A DNA stretch of 64,000 nt from a virus (IMGVR_UViG_3300033070_001349:32001-96000); one strand, 5' to 3'. Positions 54,344-63,857 are shown, numbered from the stretch's first letter. The notes: a model not told the origin generated them from the letters alone. Numbers and translations are program-made.

Positions 54344-56952
54344 CGAGCCCGACCCCCACGAAGGTCATCGTCGACTCGATGGCGTGGGTCAGGAAGAGCG
54401 ACCTCGCCGAGGTCCAGCTTGAGGCCCTGCGCCGGAACCTCACCCTCATCCCCAAGGCGGGCCCCTACGGCGACGCCCCGGCCCCGATCCTCCTCTACCA
54501 GGAGAACGCCGAGTGGTTCGGGATGGCGCGCGCCTACTACCTCGCCCGCCGCCAACCCCACCACGAGGTCGAGTTCCGATGCCGCCCCGGCGCGGCGTGG
54601 CCCGAGGGGCTTACCTGGAACCCCGAGGTCACCCTCCGCCCGGAGCAACAGCGCGCCCTCGACGAGGTCACGACGGCCTTCCGCGGCGGCGTGCTCGGGG
54701 GCATCGTCCGGGCCGCCCCGGGGTGGGGGAAGTGCGCCGTCTCCTCGACCTCCTTCGTCGACTCCACCACGGGGAGGAGAGAGACGATGGGGGCCTCGGT
54801 TGGTCGGCCCGTGGTCGTCCCCTCGCTCACCCCCGAGGGGCGGATCGAACATCGGTCCGTCGAGCGGGTGTGGTACGCCGGGAAGAAGCCGTGTCTCCGC
54901 ATGGTCCTGGCCTCGGGCCAGAACTTCGGGGGGAGTGAAGATCACCCGGTGCTCACGGCCTCGGGCTACAAGGCCCTCTCCTCCCTTCGGGTAGGTGAGC
55001 TCGTGGCAACCGCGCGCTCCGTCCCGGCACCCGAGGGGGCCCCCTCCCTCACCGACGCCGAGGTACTCCTTTCCGCGGCGCTCTTGATGGACGGATCGAC
55101 CAACCACACGTCCACCATCTACTGCAAGGGGGACCCGATCTTGACCGCCACGGTCCGGGCCGCTGCGATAGAGGTCGGGGGCCCCGACACGATCGGTCGC
55201 GAGTGGTTCGACCAAGGAGCCTACTACCTCGGGCTCTGCGGCCTCATCCCGTGGAGTGCTCGGCATGACCTACGCGGGCTCTCGAAGACCAAGCGGGTCC
55301 CTGCTCACTTCTTCGGCCTCGGAGACGCCCAGCTCGCACTCTTCCTTCGGTGGGTCTACACCGACGGGAATGTCTACGCGAAGGCTCCGCGGAAGGTAGA
55401 GCTATCCATGGCCTCCGAGGGCTTCATCGACGACGTTCAGTACCTCCTCCGGCGCTTCGGGATCGTCGCCCGTAAGACCTACGCCCCCAAGTCGATCAAG
55501 AACAAGGTCACCGGAGAAAAGAAGTTCTATCCCGCGTGGCGCCTCCAGATCGCCGACGCTCCGAACCTCGTCCGCTTCCTCGAAGCCATCGGGCCCGTGC
55601 CGGGGAAGGAGGCGGCCTGCGTCGAAGTCCTCCAGCACGCCCGCGGGGTCTCCTCCAACCCGAACTGGGACGTGGTTCCCGTAGGGTCGAAGGAGCTCGC
55701 CGAGATCCGAGCCCAGGACCGCACGGGGGTGTGGGCTCGGGTCAAGGCCGCCGCGGGGTCCTACATCGGCCGGGACCGCTTCCTTCGTCTCTGCAAATCG
55801 AGTGGCTACGACGGCTCCTACCGCTCCTTCGCTGACGCCGACATCGTGTGGGAGAAGGTGAAGTCGCTCGAAGACCTCGGCGTTCAGGACGTGTACGACC
55901 TCACCGTGCCGGGGACGGAGAACGCCGTCGTCAACGCCGGGGTGGTCATCCACAATACGGTCTACTCGCTCCGGCTCATCGCCGAGCTCAAGGTCCCGAC
56001 CCTCGTGGTGGTGCACAAGGAGTTCCTGGCAGACCAGTGGCTCGAACGGATCCACGGCAACCCGAAGAAGGGCCTCAAGCCCCTCCTCCTCGGGGCCAAG
56101 GTGGGCATCGCCCGCGGCGACCAGCTCGACTTCAAGGGGAAGCACATCGTCATCGGCATGGTGCACACCCTCGCCTCCAAGGACTTCCCCCTGGAGTTCC
56201 TGCACTGGCCCGGCCTCATCCTCCCGGACGAATGCCACCGCATCGCGGCCCCGACGTGGAGCCCCACCCCCGGCCGGTTCCCCGCGCGGTGGCGCCTCGG
56301 GGTCTCGGCTACCCCTCGCCGGAAGGACGGCGCCGAGCGGGTCTTCCTAGACCACCTGGGCCCCGTGATCTTCAAGGGCGAGGAGCAGCGGCTCCCCTTC
56401 CGCGTCCGCCGGGTGTGGACCGGCTACAAGCCCCCCAAGGGCGGGCACGCCCACCTGTCGGGCCCGGCGGGGAAGGTGATGCTCCTCACGATCATGCTCG
56501 CCAACGCGGCCCGCAACGGGGTCATCGTCGAGCAACTCGTGGCCGCGATCCGCGCGGGCCGCAAGGTCATCGTCCTCTCCGAGCGCCTCGACCACCTCGA
56601 CCGGCTCGACCAGCTCCTCCTCGCCGCGTGGACCGGGGACTGGGGGCCGCTCCCGACCACCGGCCGCTACGTGGGGGGGATGACCTCGGAGGACCGCGAG
56701 GTCTCCGAGGGGAAACAGGTCATCTTCGCGACGTTCCAATACGCGGCCGAGGGCCTCGACATACCGCCGCTCGACACCCTCTTTCTGGTCTCCCCGGCCT
56801 CGGACGTGGAGCAGGCCGTGGGTCGCATCCGCCGCCCCTACGAGGGGAAGAAAGAGGCAGTCGTGGTCGACTTCCGGGACGAGAACGTGTCTTTCTGCGC
56901 CAGGGCCGCGGACGCCCGCGACAAGTTCTACCGGAAGTCCGGGGTGGTGTGA
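54340..56952 (+). CDS. SF2 (DExH) helicase containing an intein
   Basis: LRPEQ, GWGK|T, DECH, SATPRR.DG, EGLDIP, QAVGRI.R. Confidence 0.9.
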   Translation: MTSPTPTKVIVDSMAWVRKSDLAEVQLEALRRNLTLIPKAGPYGDAPAPILLYQENAEWFGMARAYYLARRQPHHEVEFRCRPGAAWPEGLTWNPEVTLRPEQQRALDEVTTAFRGGVLGGIVRAAPGWGKCAVSSTSFVDSTTGRRETMGASVGRPVVVPSLTPEGRIEHRSVERVWYAGKKPCLRMVLASGQNFGGSEDHPVLTASGYKALSSLRVGELVATARSVPAPEGAPSLTDAEVLLSAALLMDGSTNHTSTIYCKGDPILTATVRAAAIEVGGPDTIGREWFDQGAYYLGLCGLIPWSARHDLRGLSKTKRVPAHFFGLGDAQLALFLRWVYTDGNVYAKAPRKVELSMASEGFIDDVQYLLRRFGIVARKTYAPKSIKNKVTGEKKFYPAWRLQIADAPNLVRFLEAIGPVPGKEAACVEVLQHARGVSSNPNWDVVPVGSKELAEIRAQDRTGVWARVKAAAGSYIGRDRFLRLCKSSGYDGSYRSFADADIVWEKVKSLEDLGVQDVYDLTVPGTENAVVNAGVVIHNTVYSLRLIAELKVPTLVVVHKEFLADQWLERIHGNPKKGLKPLLLGAKVGIARGDQLDFKGKHIVIGMVHTLASKDFPLEFLHWPGLILPDECHRIAAPTWSPTPGRFPARWRLGVSATPRRKDGAERVFLDHLGPVIFKGEEQRLPFRVRRVWTGYKPPKGGHAHLSGPAGKVMLLTIMLANAARNGVIVEQLVAAIRAGRKVIVLSERLDHLDRLDQLLLAAWTGDWGPLPTTGRYVGGMTSEDREVSEGKQVIFATFQYAAEGLDIPPLDTLFLVSPASDVEQAVGRIRRPYEGKKEAVVVDFRDENVSFCARAADARDKFYRKSGVV
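54733..55956 (+). mobile_element. 408-aa intein with LAGLIDADG endonuclease
   Basis: Cys1 (CAVSS), DHPVL block B, LLMDG and FLRWVYTDG, VYDLTV..VIHN followed by Thr. Confidence 0.92.
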
Positions 56953-56955
56953 TTC

Positions 56956-56984
56956 TTGACAACGCCTCCCCCCTATGCTAGATT
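56956..56984 (+). promoter_or_regulatory. phage promoter (leaderless)
   Basis: TTGACA-17-TAGATT; ATG 6 nt downstream. Confidence 0.85.
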
Positions 56985-56990
56985 AGACCC

Positions 56991-57821
56991 ATGTTCGACT
57001 ACAATCAGTGGTATGCGCAACACGGCGCGGACGTGAACGCCCGCCGGAAGCGGCGGTACGGGGAGGATCCCAAGTACCGCGAGCGCGTCCAGGCCCACAA
57101 CGCCGACTCGCGCAAGAGGACCCGCGCGCAGCGCCGCGCGGCCCGGAACGAGGAGGAGAAGGCCAAGGCCACCACGAACACTCCCCGGTGGAAGGAGACC
57201 ACGGTCACCTCCGACGGGGCCCCGGTCAAGGCGTTCTCCATCGGCGCCCTCGCCGCCATCACCCGGCGCTCCATCCAGAGCCTCCGGGCGTGGGAGCAAG
57301 CGGGGATCATCCCCGGCGCGGACGCCCGCTCCGCCCGCGGGGACCGGCTCTACACGGTGCCCCTTCTGGAGCGCATCTACGACACCCTGGAGCGCGAGGG
57401 CCGCCTCCGGGAGACTGGCCGACAGCACGCGGCCGTCCACCACCTCGCCAAGACCGTCCGCTTCGCCGACGGGACCGAGAAGGTGCTCCCGCTGTTCCTG
57501 GTGGGGGCCCTCGCCAAGGGCCTCGGCCGGACGATCGTCACGGTGCAGTCGTGGATCCGGCTCGGCGCGCTCCCCGAGACCCCCCTGCGGGCCTCCATCC
57601 GGCAGTACCGGCTCTACACGGAGCCCATGATCGCCGCGGCCGTGAAGCGCCTCCGCGAGGTCGGCGACTTCCGGGCCTCGGAGGAGCGCCGCCAGGAGTT
57701 CCACGACAAGGTGCACGCCGACTGGAAGGCCGCGGGCTTCCTGACGGCCACCCTCGTCGAGGGCGAGCCCGTCGCCTCCGAGCCGCCCCCGGTCACCCCC
57801 GACCCCACCCCCGACACATGA
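56991..57821 (+). CDS. tandem MerR-type HTH protein
   Basis: FSIGALA...RS.QSLRAWEQAGIIP..G.RLYT and VGALA..LGRT..TVQSW..G.LP..YRLYT. Confidence 0.85.
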   Translation: MFDYNQWYAQHGADVNARRKRRYGEDPKYRERVQAHNADSRKRTRAQRRAARNEEEKAKATTNTPRWKETTVTSDGAPVKAFSIGALAAITRRSIQSLRAWEQAGIIPGADARSARGDRLYTVPLLERIYDTLEREGRLRETGRQHAAVHHLAKTVRFADGTEKVLPLFLVGALAKGLGRTIVTVQSWIRLGALPETPLRASIRQYRLYTEPMIAAAVKRLREVGDFRASEERRQEFHDKVHADWKAAGFLTATLVEGEPVASEPPPVTPDPTPDT

Positions 57822-58171
57822 TCCGGTCGACCGCCTCCGCCGCCGTGTGGTGGCGGGTAACCACCTACTGGAAGAGGACGAAGATGAGCGAGACACTCGG
57901 GGACCGGCTGGTCCCTGTACCGATCGACAACCCCGGGGCCCCGGCGGCGAAGGTGACCCTGTCCCTGTCCCGCACCGTGAACCTGGGCGACTTCAACTCC
58001 GTCAGGGCCGAGGTGGGCGTCGAGCTCCCGTGCTCCGCCACCGCCGACGCGATCGAGGCCTCCCACGAGCGGGCCGTCGCGTGGTGCACCAAGAAGATCG
58101 CCTCGCTCCTCCCGGCGGAGCCCCCGCCCGCCGCCCGCGCCTCCAACGGCGCCAACCCCTTCGGAGGCTGA
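57818..58171 (+). CDS. hypothetical phage protein
   Basis: RTVNLGDFNSVR.EVG motif; alternative start 57884. Confidence 0.65.
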   Translation: MIRSTASAAVWWRVTTYWKRTKMSETLGDRLVPVPIDNPGAPAAKVTLSLSRTVNLGDFNSVRAEVGVELPCSATADAIEASHERAVAWCTKKIASLLPAEPPPAARASNGANPFGG

Positions 58172-58177
58172 GAGACC

Positions 58178-59389
58178 ATGGCGAAGCAGAAGAAGCCCCC
58201 CAAGGGTGCCGCGGAAGAGCCCGATGCCCTCGAAGGCGAGGTCCTCGAAGGGTCCGAGCTCCCCCTCGACGCCGTCCTCAAGGCCCCGGTCGCCCCCACC
58301 GGCCCCCTCTCGGTGAAGGAGCGCATGGCGAAGCTCCTCGCGAGCCCGGCCATCAAGTCCCTCGCGAAGGACGGGACCATCACCACGGTGGCCTCCACCG
58401 CCCTCGCGGTTCCGCGGGTCAGGACGCACGCCATCCTCTTCGACCTCGTGATGCGCGGGGGCTTCCCCACGGGGGTGATCCACCACTGGTACGGGCCGAA
58501 GTCGAGCGGGAAGACCACCCTGGCCCTCCTCTGCATCGGGGTCATGCAGAAGACCTGTTCGTGCTGTTCGCAGCCCTTCTCCGAGTCCCCCGCCTGTTGC
58601 GCGACGCCGCGCCGCACCGTGTGTGCCTTCATCAACATGGAGGGCATCCTCGACAAGACCTGGGCCGCCCAGCTCGGGGTCGACCTCGACCTCCTCGTCT
58701 ACGCCTCCTTCCGCGCGGGCGAAGAGGCCTGCGACATGGTGGAGGCCCTCCTCGCCTCGGGCGAGGTCGACCTCGTCGCCATCGACTCCCTCGCGGCGCT
58801 CACCCCGCAATCCGAGCTCAACAAGGCCGCCGCCGACGTGGACGTGGGGTCGCAGGCCCGCCTCGTCCACCGCCTCGTGCGCAAGACCGTGAGCCACATG
58901 AACGCGGCTGGCAACGCGACGAAGCGGCGGCCGACGATCATCTTCATCAACCAGATCCGCATGAAGGTGGGCGTGGTCTTCGGCAACCCCGAGACCACCT
59001 CGGCGGGCAACGGGCCCGGCTTCGCCGCCGCGATCGAGCTCCGGTTCTCTGCCCCCGAGTACCAGAAGGACAAGGACGACAACCCGCTGGCGGTCACCCT
59101 CAAGCCCAAGGTGGAGAAGAGCAAGCTCTTCCCCGGCAAGGGCGAGAGCGCGGAGCTGGTCCTCGCGCAGCGACCCACTGAGCACACCCCCGTGGGGGGG
59201 ATCCTCGACGCCCCGGTCCTCGTCAGCCTCGGCGTCCAGGCGGGTCTCGTGGAGGGCGCGGCCCCGAACATCACCTGCCTGGGCAGGAGCTTCCGCGGCA
59301 AGTCCACCCTGGAGATGGAGCTCCTCAAGGACCCCGGCTTCGCCTCCCAGCTCCGCGACTCGATCTTCGCGGTGATGCTCTCGCCATGA
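58178..59389 (+). CDS. recA: RecA-like recombinase
   Basis: GGFP.G, YGPKSSGKTT, QLGVD, IDSLAAL.P..E, QARL, IFINQIRMKVGVVFGNPETT. Confidence 0.93.
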   Translation: MAKQKKPPKGAAEEPDALEGEVLEGSELPLDAVLKAPVAPTGPLSVKERMAKLLASPAIKSLAKDGTITTVASTALAVPRVRTHAILFDLVMRGGFPTGVIHHWYGPKSSGKTTLALLCIGVMQKTCSCCSQPFSESPACCATPRRTVCAFINMEGILDKTWAAQLGVDLDLLVYASFRAGEEACDMVEALLASGEVDLVAIDSLAALTPQSELNKAAADVDVGSQARLVHRLVRKTVSHMNAAGNATKRRPTIIFINQIRMKVGVVFGNPETTSAGNGPGFAAAIELRFSAPEYQKDKDDNPLAVTLKPKVEKSKLFPGKGESAELVLAQRPTEHTPVGGILDAPVLVSLGVQAGLVEGAAPNITCLGRSFRGKSTLEMELLKDPGFASQLRDSIFAVMLSP

Positions 59390-59985
59390 CCGACTCTCCC
59401 CCGACGCCCAAGTGGGCGCTCCCGTCGACCCGGCGGTTCAAGCGCTCCCAGAAGCAGGAGCGCCGGGTGGGGGAGGCCCTCGGGGGGCGCGCGCTCCCGC
59501 GCTCGGGCGGGGTGAAGGCGGCCAAGGGGCCGGACTCCCCGACCCTCGACGGCGACTTCCGAACCCCGACCCTCCACGGCGAGCACAAGCGCACCGAGAC
59601 CCAGGAGATCCGGGTGGAGTCCGAGTGGTTCGTCAAGGTCACGGCCGGGGCCGCCCGGTGCCACAAGGTGCCCGTCGTGGTCCTACTCCTCGAATCCGTC
59701 GTCGGAGACGACCGCGAGTGGATCTTCCTTCCCTTGAGCTACGCCCAGGCCCGGATGGGCGAGCTCCTGCGCGACCCGAGCGCCTGGGAGGGCGCCGAGC
59801 TCGCCCCCCGGCCCGGGTGCCGGTCGTTCCTGTTCCGGGCGTCGGTCGCCTCCGCCCTACACGCGCTCGCGGGCGACAAGCTCCCCCTCTTCCTCCTCAC
59901 CTGGGGTATGAACCTCGGGGCGACCGCCCAGGTGTGGGTCGGCGCTCCCCTCGCGCGCCTCACCCCCATGCTTCGAGAGCCATGA
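59386..59985 (+). CDS. PD-(D/E)xK Holliday-junction-resolvase-like nuclease
   Basis: QERRV...GG...SG; DGD; EHKRT. Confidence 0.65.
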   Translation: MTDSPPTPKWALPSTRRFKRSQKQERRVGEALGGRALPRSGGVKAAKGPDSPTLDGDFRTPTLHGEHKRTETQEIRVESEWFVKVTAGAARCHKVPVVVLLLESVVGDDREWIFLPLSYAQARMGELLRDPSAWEGAELAPRPGCRSFLFRASVASALHALAGDKLPLFLLTWGMNLGATAQVWVGAPLARLTPMLREP

Positions 59986-60308
59986 GCGCCAACGACCGCA
60001 CCCTCCTCGCCCTCTCCGAGCGGGCCCTCCGGCCTACGGACAGGGCCCTCGTCCTCCTCTCGGAGTCCCCGAGTGGGGGCCTCGACGTAGCCCTGGTGTG
60101 CCGCCTCTGCGAGGCGGACTACCTCCCCCTCGAAGACGGCTCGTTTCTCTGCCGGGCGTGCAACCTCCGCATCCCTCCGGGCGAAGTGGAGGCACACGTC
60201 GTGGCCTTCGACTGGGTCGTGGCCTCTGCCCTCCTCCACCGGCCCGCCGGGCTCTTCGACCGGATCCGCCGGGTCCTGCGCATGGCGAGGCTCGCGTGGT
60301 CACCCTGA
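59982..60308 (+). CDS. Zn-ribbon hypothetical protein
   Basis: CRLC...CRAC. Confidence 0.55.
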   Translation: MSANDRTLLALSERALRPTDRALVLLSESPSGGLDVALVCRLCEADYLPLEDGSFLCRACNLRIPPGEVEAHVVAFDWVVASALLHRPAGLFDRIRRVLRMARLAWSP

Positions 60309-61222
60309 AGCTCCCCCTCGCCGCCCTCGCCACGAGGGAACCCGTGGCGCCCACGGGGGAGGTCTACATCCGCGCCTCCAGGGTGGCCTCGATCTGTCCG
60401 CGTGAGGAGGTCCTGGCCCACCTCGGGGGCGTCGAGCGCACGAAGTCCACCTCGCCGGGAGACGCCGTCACCTACGCCCGAGGCCACGGGCTCCACGCAG
60501 CCGCCCGCGAGCACATCCTCCCCCAGATCGGCGTGCTTTACGGGAAGTGGTCGTGCCTCGACTGCGGCCGGGCCTACGGCGCCCCGTGGGAGACCCTTCC
60601 GCTGCGCGTGGAGGACGGCGTCCGCCCCCCGGCCCTCGCCGAGGCCCTCGTCCTCCGCCCCTCCCGGTGCGAGTCATGTGGCTCCGAGGAGTTCGCCTAC
60701 CGGGAGCTCAAGTTCGAGGCCCCCGAGTACCGCACCGGGGGGTCCCCTGACGGCTTCCTCCGGCTCCCGGGGCTCCCGGGGCTCGGGCTCTTGGAGCTCA
60801 AGAGCACGGCCGCTCCGTGGGACGTTCGGCACGCCCCGCTCCTCTCGCACGCGATCCAGGTCCAGACCTACCTCTGGTTCACCGGGCTCCCGTGGGCGGT
60901 GATCGTGTACTGGGACACGACCGCCGAGGGCATCGACGCGCTCTCCGCGTTCAAGCTCGACCGCGACCCGGTTACGATCGACGCGATCCGCGCCGCGCTC
61001 GCTTCGGTCGTGAGGGGCGTCGAGGGCGGCCCGCTCCCCGCCCGGATCTGTTCGAGCGCCGACTGCCCGCGGGCGAAGCAGTGCTCCGTCGCGAAGGCCT
61101 GTTTCGAGGCGGCCCCGCGCCTCCCTGACCCCGAGGACCCGGAGGACGATCAGGATGGCCCCGATCGCTGGGGGGAGCCTGGGGTGACCCCTGACCTCGC
61201 CGCTTCCGAGGTGGTGTTTTGA
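60296..61222 (+). CDS. Cas4-like PD-(D/E)xK exonuclease
   Basis: RAS....CPR; G..LH; GSPDG; LELKS; QVQTY; C-terminal Cys cluster. Confidence 0.8.
   Translation: MVTLKLPLAALATREPVAPTGEVYIRASRVASICPREEVLAHLGGVERTKSTSPGDAVTYARGHGLHAAAREHILPQIGVLYGKWSCLDCGRAYGAPWETLPLRVEDGVRPPALAEALVLRPSRCESCGSEEFAYRELKFEAPEYRTGGSPDGFLRLPGLPGLGLLELKSTAAPWDVRHAPLLSHAIQVQTYLWFTGLPWAVIVYWDTTAEGIDALSAFKLDRDPVTIDAIRAALASVVRGVEGGPLPARICSSADCPRAKQCSVAKACFEAAPRLPDPEDPEDDQDGPDRWGEPGVTPDLAASEVVF
60671..60684. repeat. dispersed 14-bp palindrome, copy 12
   Basis: GAGTCATGTGGCTC inside CDS. Confidence 0.85.
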
Positions 61223-61515
61223 CCGGCATCGTGCCCCCCGAAGACCTCACCGCGCTCCCTCTCGCCCTCCGCAACTCCGGGTGCGAGGCGTGCTCCCGCC
61301 GCGTCTCCATGTGGACCCTCGCCTCGGGCCCGGTGTGCGCCCGGTGCCTCCTCCTCCGGTCGCCGTGGGGGGTCTCCCACGCCGAAGGGGTGGCGGCCCT
61401 AGTCCGCGCGGCCTCGGGTCCCTCCGGCGACCCGGACAATCCTGCGGACCGCACGCTCGACGCCGTCGTTGCCGCCATCCTGGTCCCCTATCGCCTCTCC
61501 GCGAGGGCCTCTTGA
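61219..61515 (+). CDS. hypothetical protein
   Basis: overlap; CEAC/CARC. Confidence 0.5.
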   Translation: MTGIVPPEDLTALPLALRNSGCEACSRRVSMWTLASGPVCARCLLLRSPWGVSHAEGVAALVRAASGPSGDPDNPADRTLDAVVAAILVPYRLSARAS

Positions 61516-61532
61516 GGCGCCAGAGGCCCGCC

Positions 61533-62057
61533 GTGGCCGACCTCGTGAAGGTCGACGTGGGGCGATTCGAGCGCATCATCCTCGGGATCGACTACGGGCT
61601 CGCCGAGTCCGGCTGGGGGGCCGTCGGGTGGGAGTTCCCTGGCTCCCCTCCCTACGTGATCGCCTACGGCGTATGCCGGACCCGCGCCGGAGGGGACCCG
61701 TGGGATCGGACCGACGCCATGGTCGACCAGCTCCGGGAGGTCGAGGAGGTGACCAAGGCCACCGAGGTCGCCATGGAGGACTGGGGCCACCGCTCCGCGG
61801 GCAAGGCCACTACGAGCCACCTCATGGGCCTCGTCATCGGGGGCCTCCTCCGCGGCCTCCACCACCGCCCCCGCTCGGTCGGCATCACGGGGGAGTGGCA
61901 CGCCACCCTCGGGTTGCCGTACAAGGGGGACAAGGTCGACGTGGCGACGTGGGTTCGGGAGGGCCTTCGCCTCGACCACACCCCCAAGCCCGACCACGCC
62001 TCCGACGCCCTCTCCATCGCCCTCGCCGCGTTCTCCCTGCCCCAACTCCAGAGGTGA
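61533..62057 (+). CDS. ruvC: RuvC-like resolvase
   Basis: ILGIDYG...GWG; AMED; K.DV; PDHASDALSIA. Confidence 0.85.
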   Translation: MADLVKVDVGRFERIILGIDYGLAESGWGAVGWEFPGSPPYVIAYGVCRTRAGGDPWDRTDAMVDQLREVEEVTKATEVAMEDWGHRSAGKATTSHLMGLVIGGLLRGLHHRPRSVGITGEWHATLGLPYKGDKVDVATWVREGLRLDHTPKPDHASDALSIALAAFSLPQLQR

Positions 62058-62064
62058 CACCGAC

Positions 62065-63069
62065 ATGACGGCCGCCGTGAAGCTCAAGCTCGTTCCCTCC
62101 CCCTCCGACCCCCTGGGGCTCGGCGCCCCGTCCTCCGCCCCCGAGCCCGGCACCGCGGCCTGGGCCGAGGCCATCCGTTCGGAGGCGCGCACCGTCGTCG
62201 CGGAGGTCGATCAGGCCTACATGCGCGTCGCCGAGATCCTCTACCGGGTGCAGACCCTCCGCGTGAACGGCGGGACCACGGAGGGCCCTCCCCTCCACAC
62301 CGCCTGGGGCTTCAAGACCTTCGAGGAGTGGGTCGAGTCCGAGCTCGGGTTCCAGCGCCACAAGGCCAACGCCCTCATCCGCATCCACCGCCGCTTCGCC
62401 GTCGACCTCACGGAGATGCCCGAGGCGACCCGGGCCAAGCTCCTCAAGATGGGGTGGACGAAGGCGCGCGAGGTCGTCCGCGTCCTGACCCTCAAGAACG
62501 CCGACCACTGGGCGACGATGGGCGAGCAGCTCTCCTTCCCCGACCTCCGCCGCGCCGTCGTCATCTACGCTGACGCCCTCGTGCAGAAGCAGATCGAGGA
62601 CGCCAAGGCGGCCAAGACCCCCGCCCCGCCCACGAAGATCGACACGAGCGCCATCCTCGCCTCGGTCACGGAGACCCCGCCCGCCCCGGTGCACGTCGAG
62701 GGCGCTGGCTTCGAGCCCGAGGAGGACCTCGACGGCACCGAGGACGTTCCGCTGCCCCCGCCCGTGAGCACGATCCCCTTCTCGTTCGCCTTCTACCCCG
62801 AGCAGGCCGAGACCTTCGTCGAGGCCCTGAAGATCGCCGAGGCCCACAACCCCGGCAAGCCCAAGAGCTACTACCTGGAGACGATCGCCCTGGAGTACCT
62901 CTCCGGCTACCATGTGGACGGGGACTCCAACGCCCGGCGGACCCTCACCTTCAAGCGCCTCTCCGAGACCCTCGGCGTGGAGCTCGTGGTGCGGGACAAG
63001 GCCTCCGGCGCGGTCCTCCTCGGCGGCGACGGGCCCCTCGCCGAGGCCCTCCGCAAGGGCGAGGTCTAG
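62065..63069 (+). CDS. hypothetical protein
   Basis: GAGG RBS; GFKTFEEWVESELGF motif. Confidence 0.7.
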   Translation: MTAAVKLKLVPSPSDPLGLGAPSSAPEPGTAAWAEAIRSEARTVVAEVDQAYMRVAEILYRVQTLRVNGGTTEGPPLHTAWGFKTFEEWVESELGFQRHKANALIRIHRRFAVDLTEMPEATRAKLLKMGWTKAREVVRVLTLKNADHWATMGEQLSFPDLRRAVVIYADALVQKQIEDAKAAKTPAPPTKIDTSAILASVTETPPAPVHVEGAGFEPEEDLDGTEDVPLPPPVSTIPFSFAFYPEQAETFVEALKIAEAHNPGKPKSYYLETIALEYLSGYHVDGDSNARRTLTFKRLSETLGVELVVRDKASGAVLLGGDGPLAEALRKGEV

Positions 63070-63072
63070 GCC

Positions 63073-63288
63073 GTGGATCTGCCCATCTCCGAGGCCACCC
63101 TCCAGCTCGAATGGGGCACCGTGAAGCAGCTCACGGAGGCCCTGACCGCTTCGATCGAGGGGGGCGTGCCTCGGGGGGACGACGAGGCGGCCGAGGCATG
63201 GCTCCGCGAGGTGGTGGGGACCCTCGGGTTCCTGTCGAAGAAGCTCGACGTGCTCGCCGTCACCCTCATCTCCCCTCCCGGGGGGTAG
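63073..63288 (+). CDS. hypothetical protein
   Basis: operon packing. Confidence 0.55.
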   Translation: MDLPISEATLQLEWGTVKQLTEALTASIEGGVPRGDDEAAEAWLREVVGTLGFLSKKLDVLAVTLISPPGG

Positions 63289-63299
63289 ACTCCGCCCCC

Positions 63300-63857
63300 A
63301 TGCGCTCCCGCGAGCTCGTAGAGCACCTCCTCGGCATCCTCCAGCCCCGCGGGAGCGGCGTCTTCCCCGTCGCCCCGGCCCTCGCCGCCCGCGCCGCCTG
63401 CAAGGCGGTCCTCGGGCTCCTGGCCCGGGGGATGGAGTCGATCGCCGACGACGGCACCCTCGCCGCCTCCCCGTGGGAGGCCTCTTCGGTCTGGACCCAG
63501 GTTCGGCGCGAGTACCTCGTCCTCCGCGAGCGGACCCTGGAGGTGCTCTCCTGGGGCGGCACGATCGACCCGGACCCGGGGCCCGCGCCGCCCCTCGCCT
63601 CGACCCCAGAGGCCGCCACGGATACGCTCCTGGCCCTCCTCGAAGCCCTCGGGGTCCAGGTCCAATGGCAGGACCAACGGAAGGTGCACGAGCTCGCCCC
63701 CGAAGCCTTCGCCGCCTTCGAGGTCGTGGAAGCCCTCCTCCGGGTGGCCGCTGCCCGGCTCGCGTCGGTGCCGTGGGCCACCAGGGGCCTCCCGACGCCC
63801 CCGTGGCTCGACGACCCCGCGCCGATCCCGTCCAGAACGCCCCCGGTCGCGGTATAA
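63300..63857 (+). CDS. hypothetical protein
   Basis: codon usage. Confidence 0.55.
   Translation: MRSRELVEHLLGILQPRGSGVFPVAPALAARAACKAVLGLLARGMESIADDGTLAASPWEASSVWTQVRREYLVLRERTLEVLSWGGTIDPDPGPAPPLASTPEAATDTLLALLEALGVQVQWQDQRKVHELAPEAFAAFEVVEALLRVAAARLASVPWATRGLPTPPWLDDPAPIPSRTPPVAV

Noticed and set aside
25537-58904. Partial palindrome matches near 25537, 45347 and 58891
   Set aside because: Three or more mismatches to the 14-bp consensus; not counted
60296-61222. CRISPR-Cas adaptation module
   Set aside because: Solo Cas4-like nuclease among recombination genes; no cas1/cas2 or array
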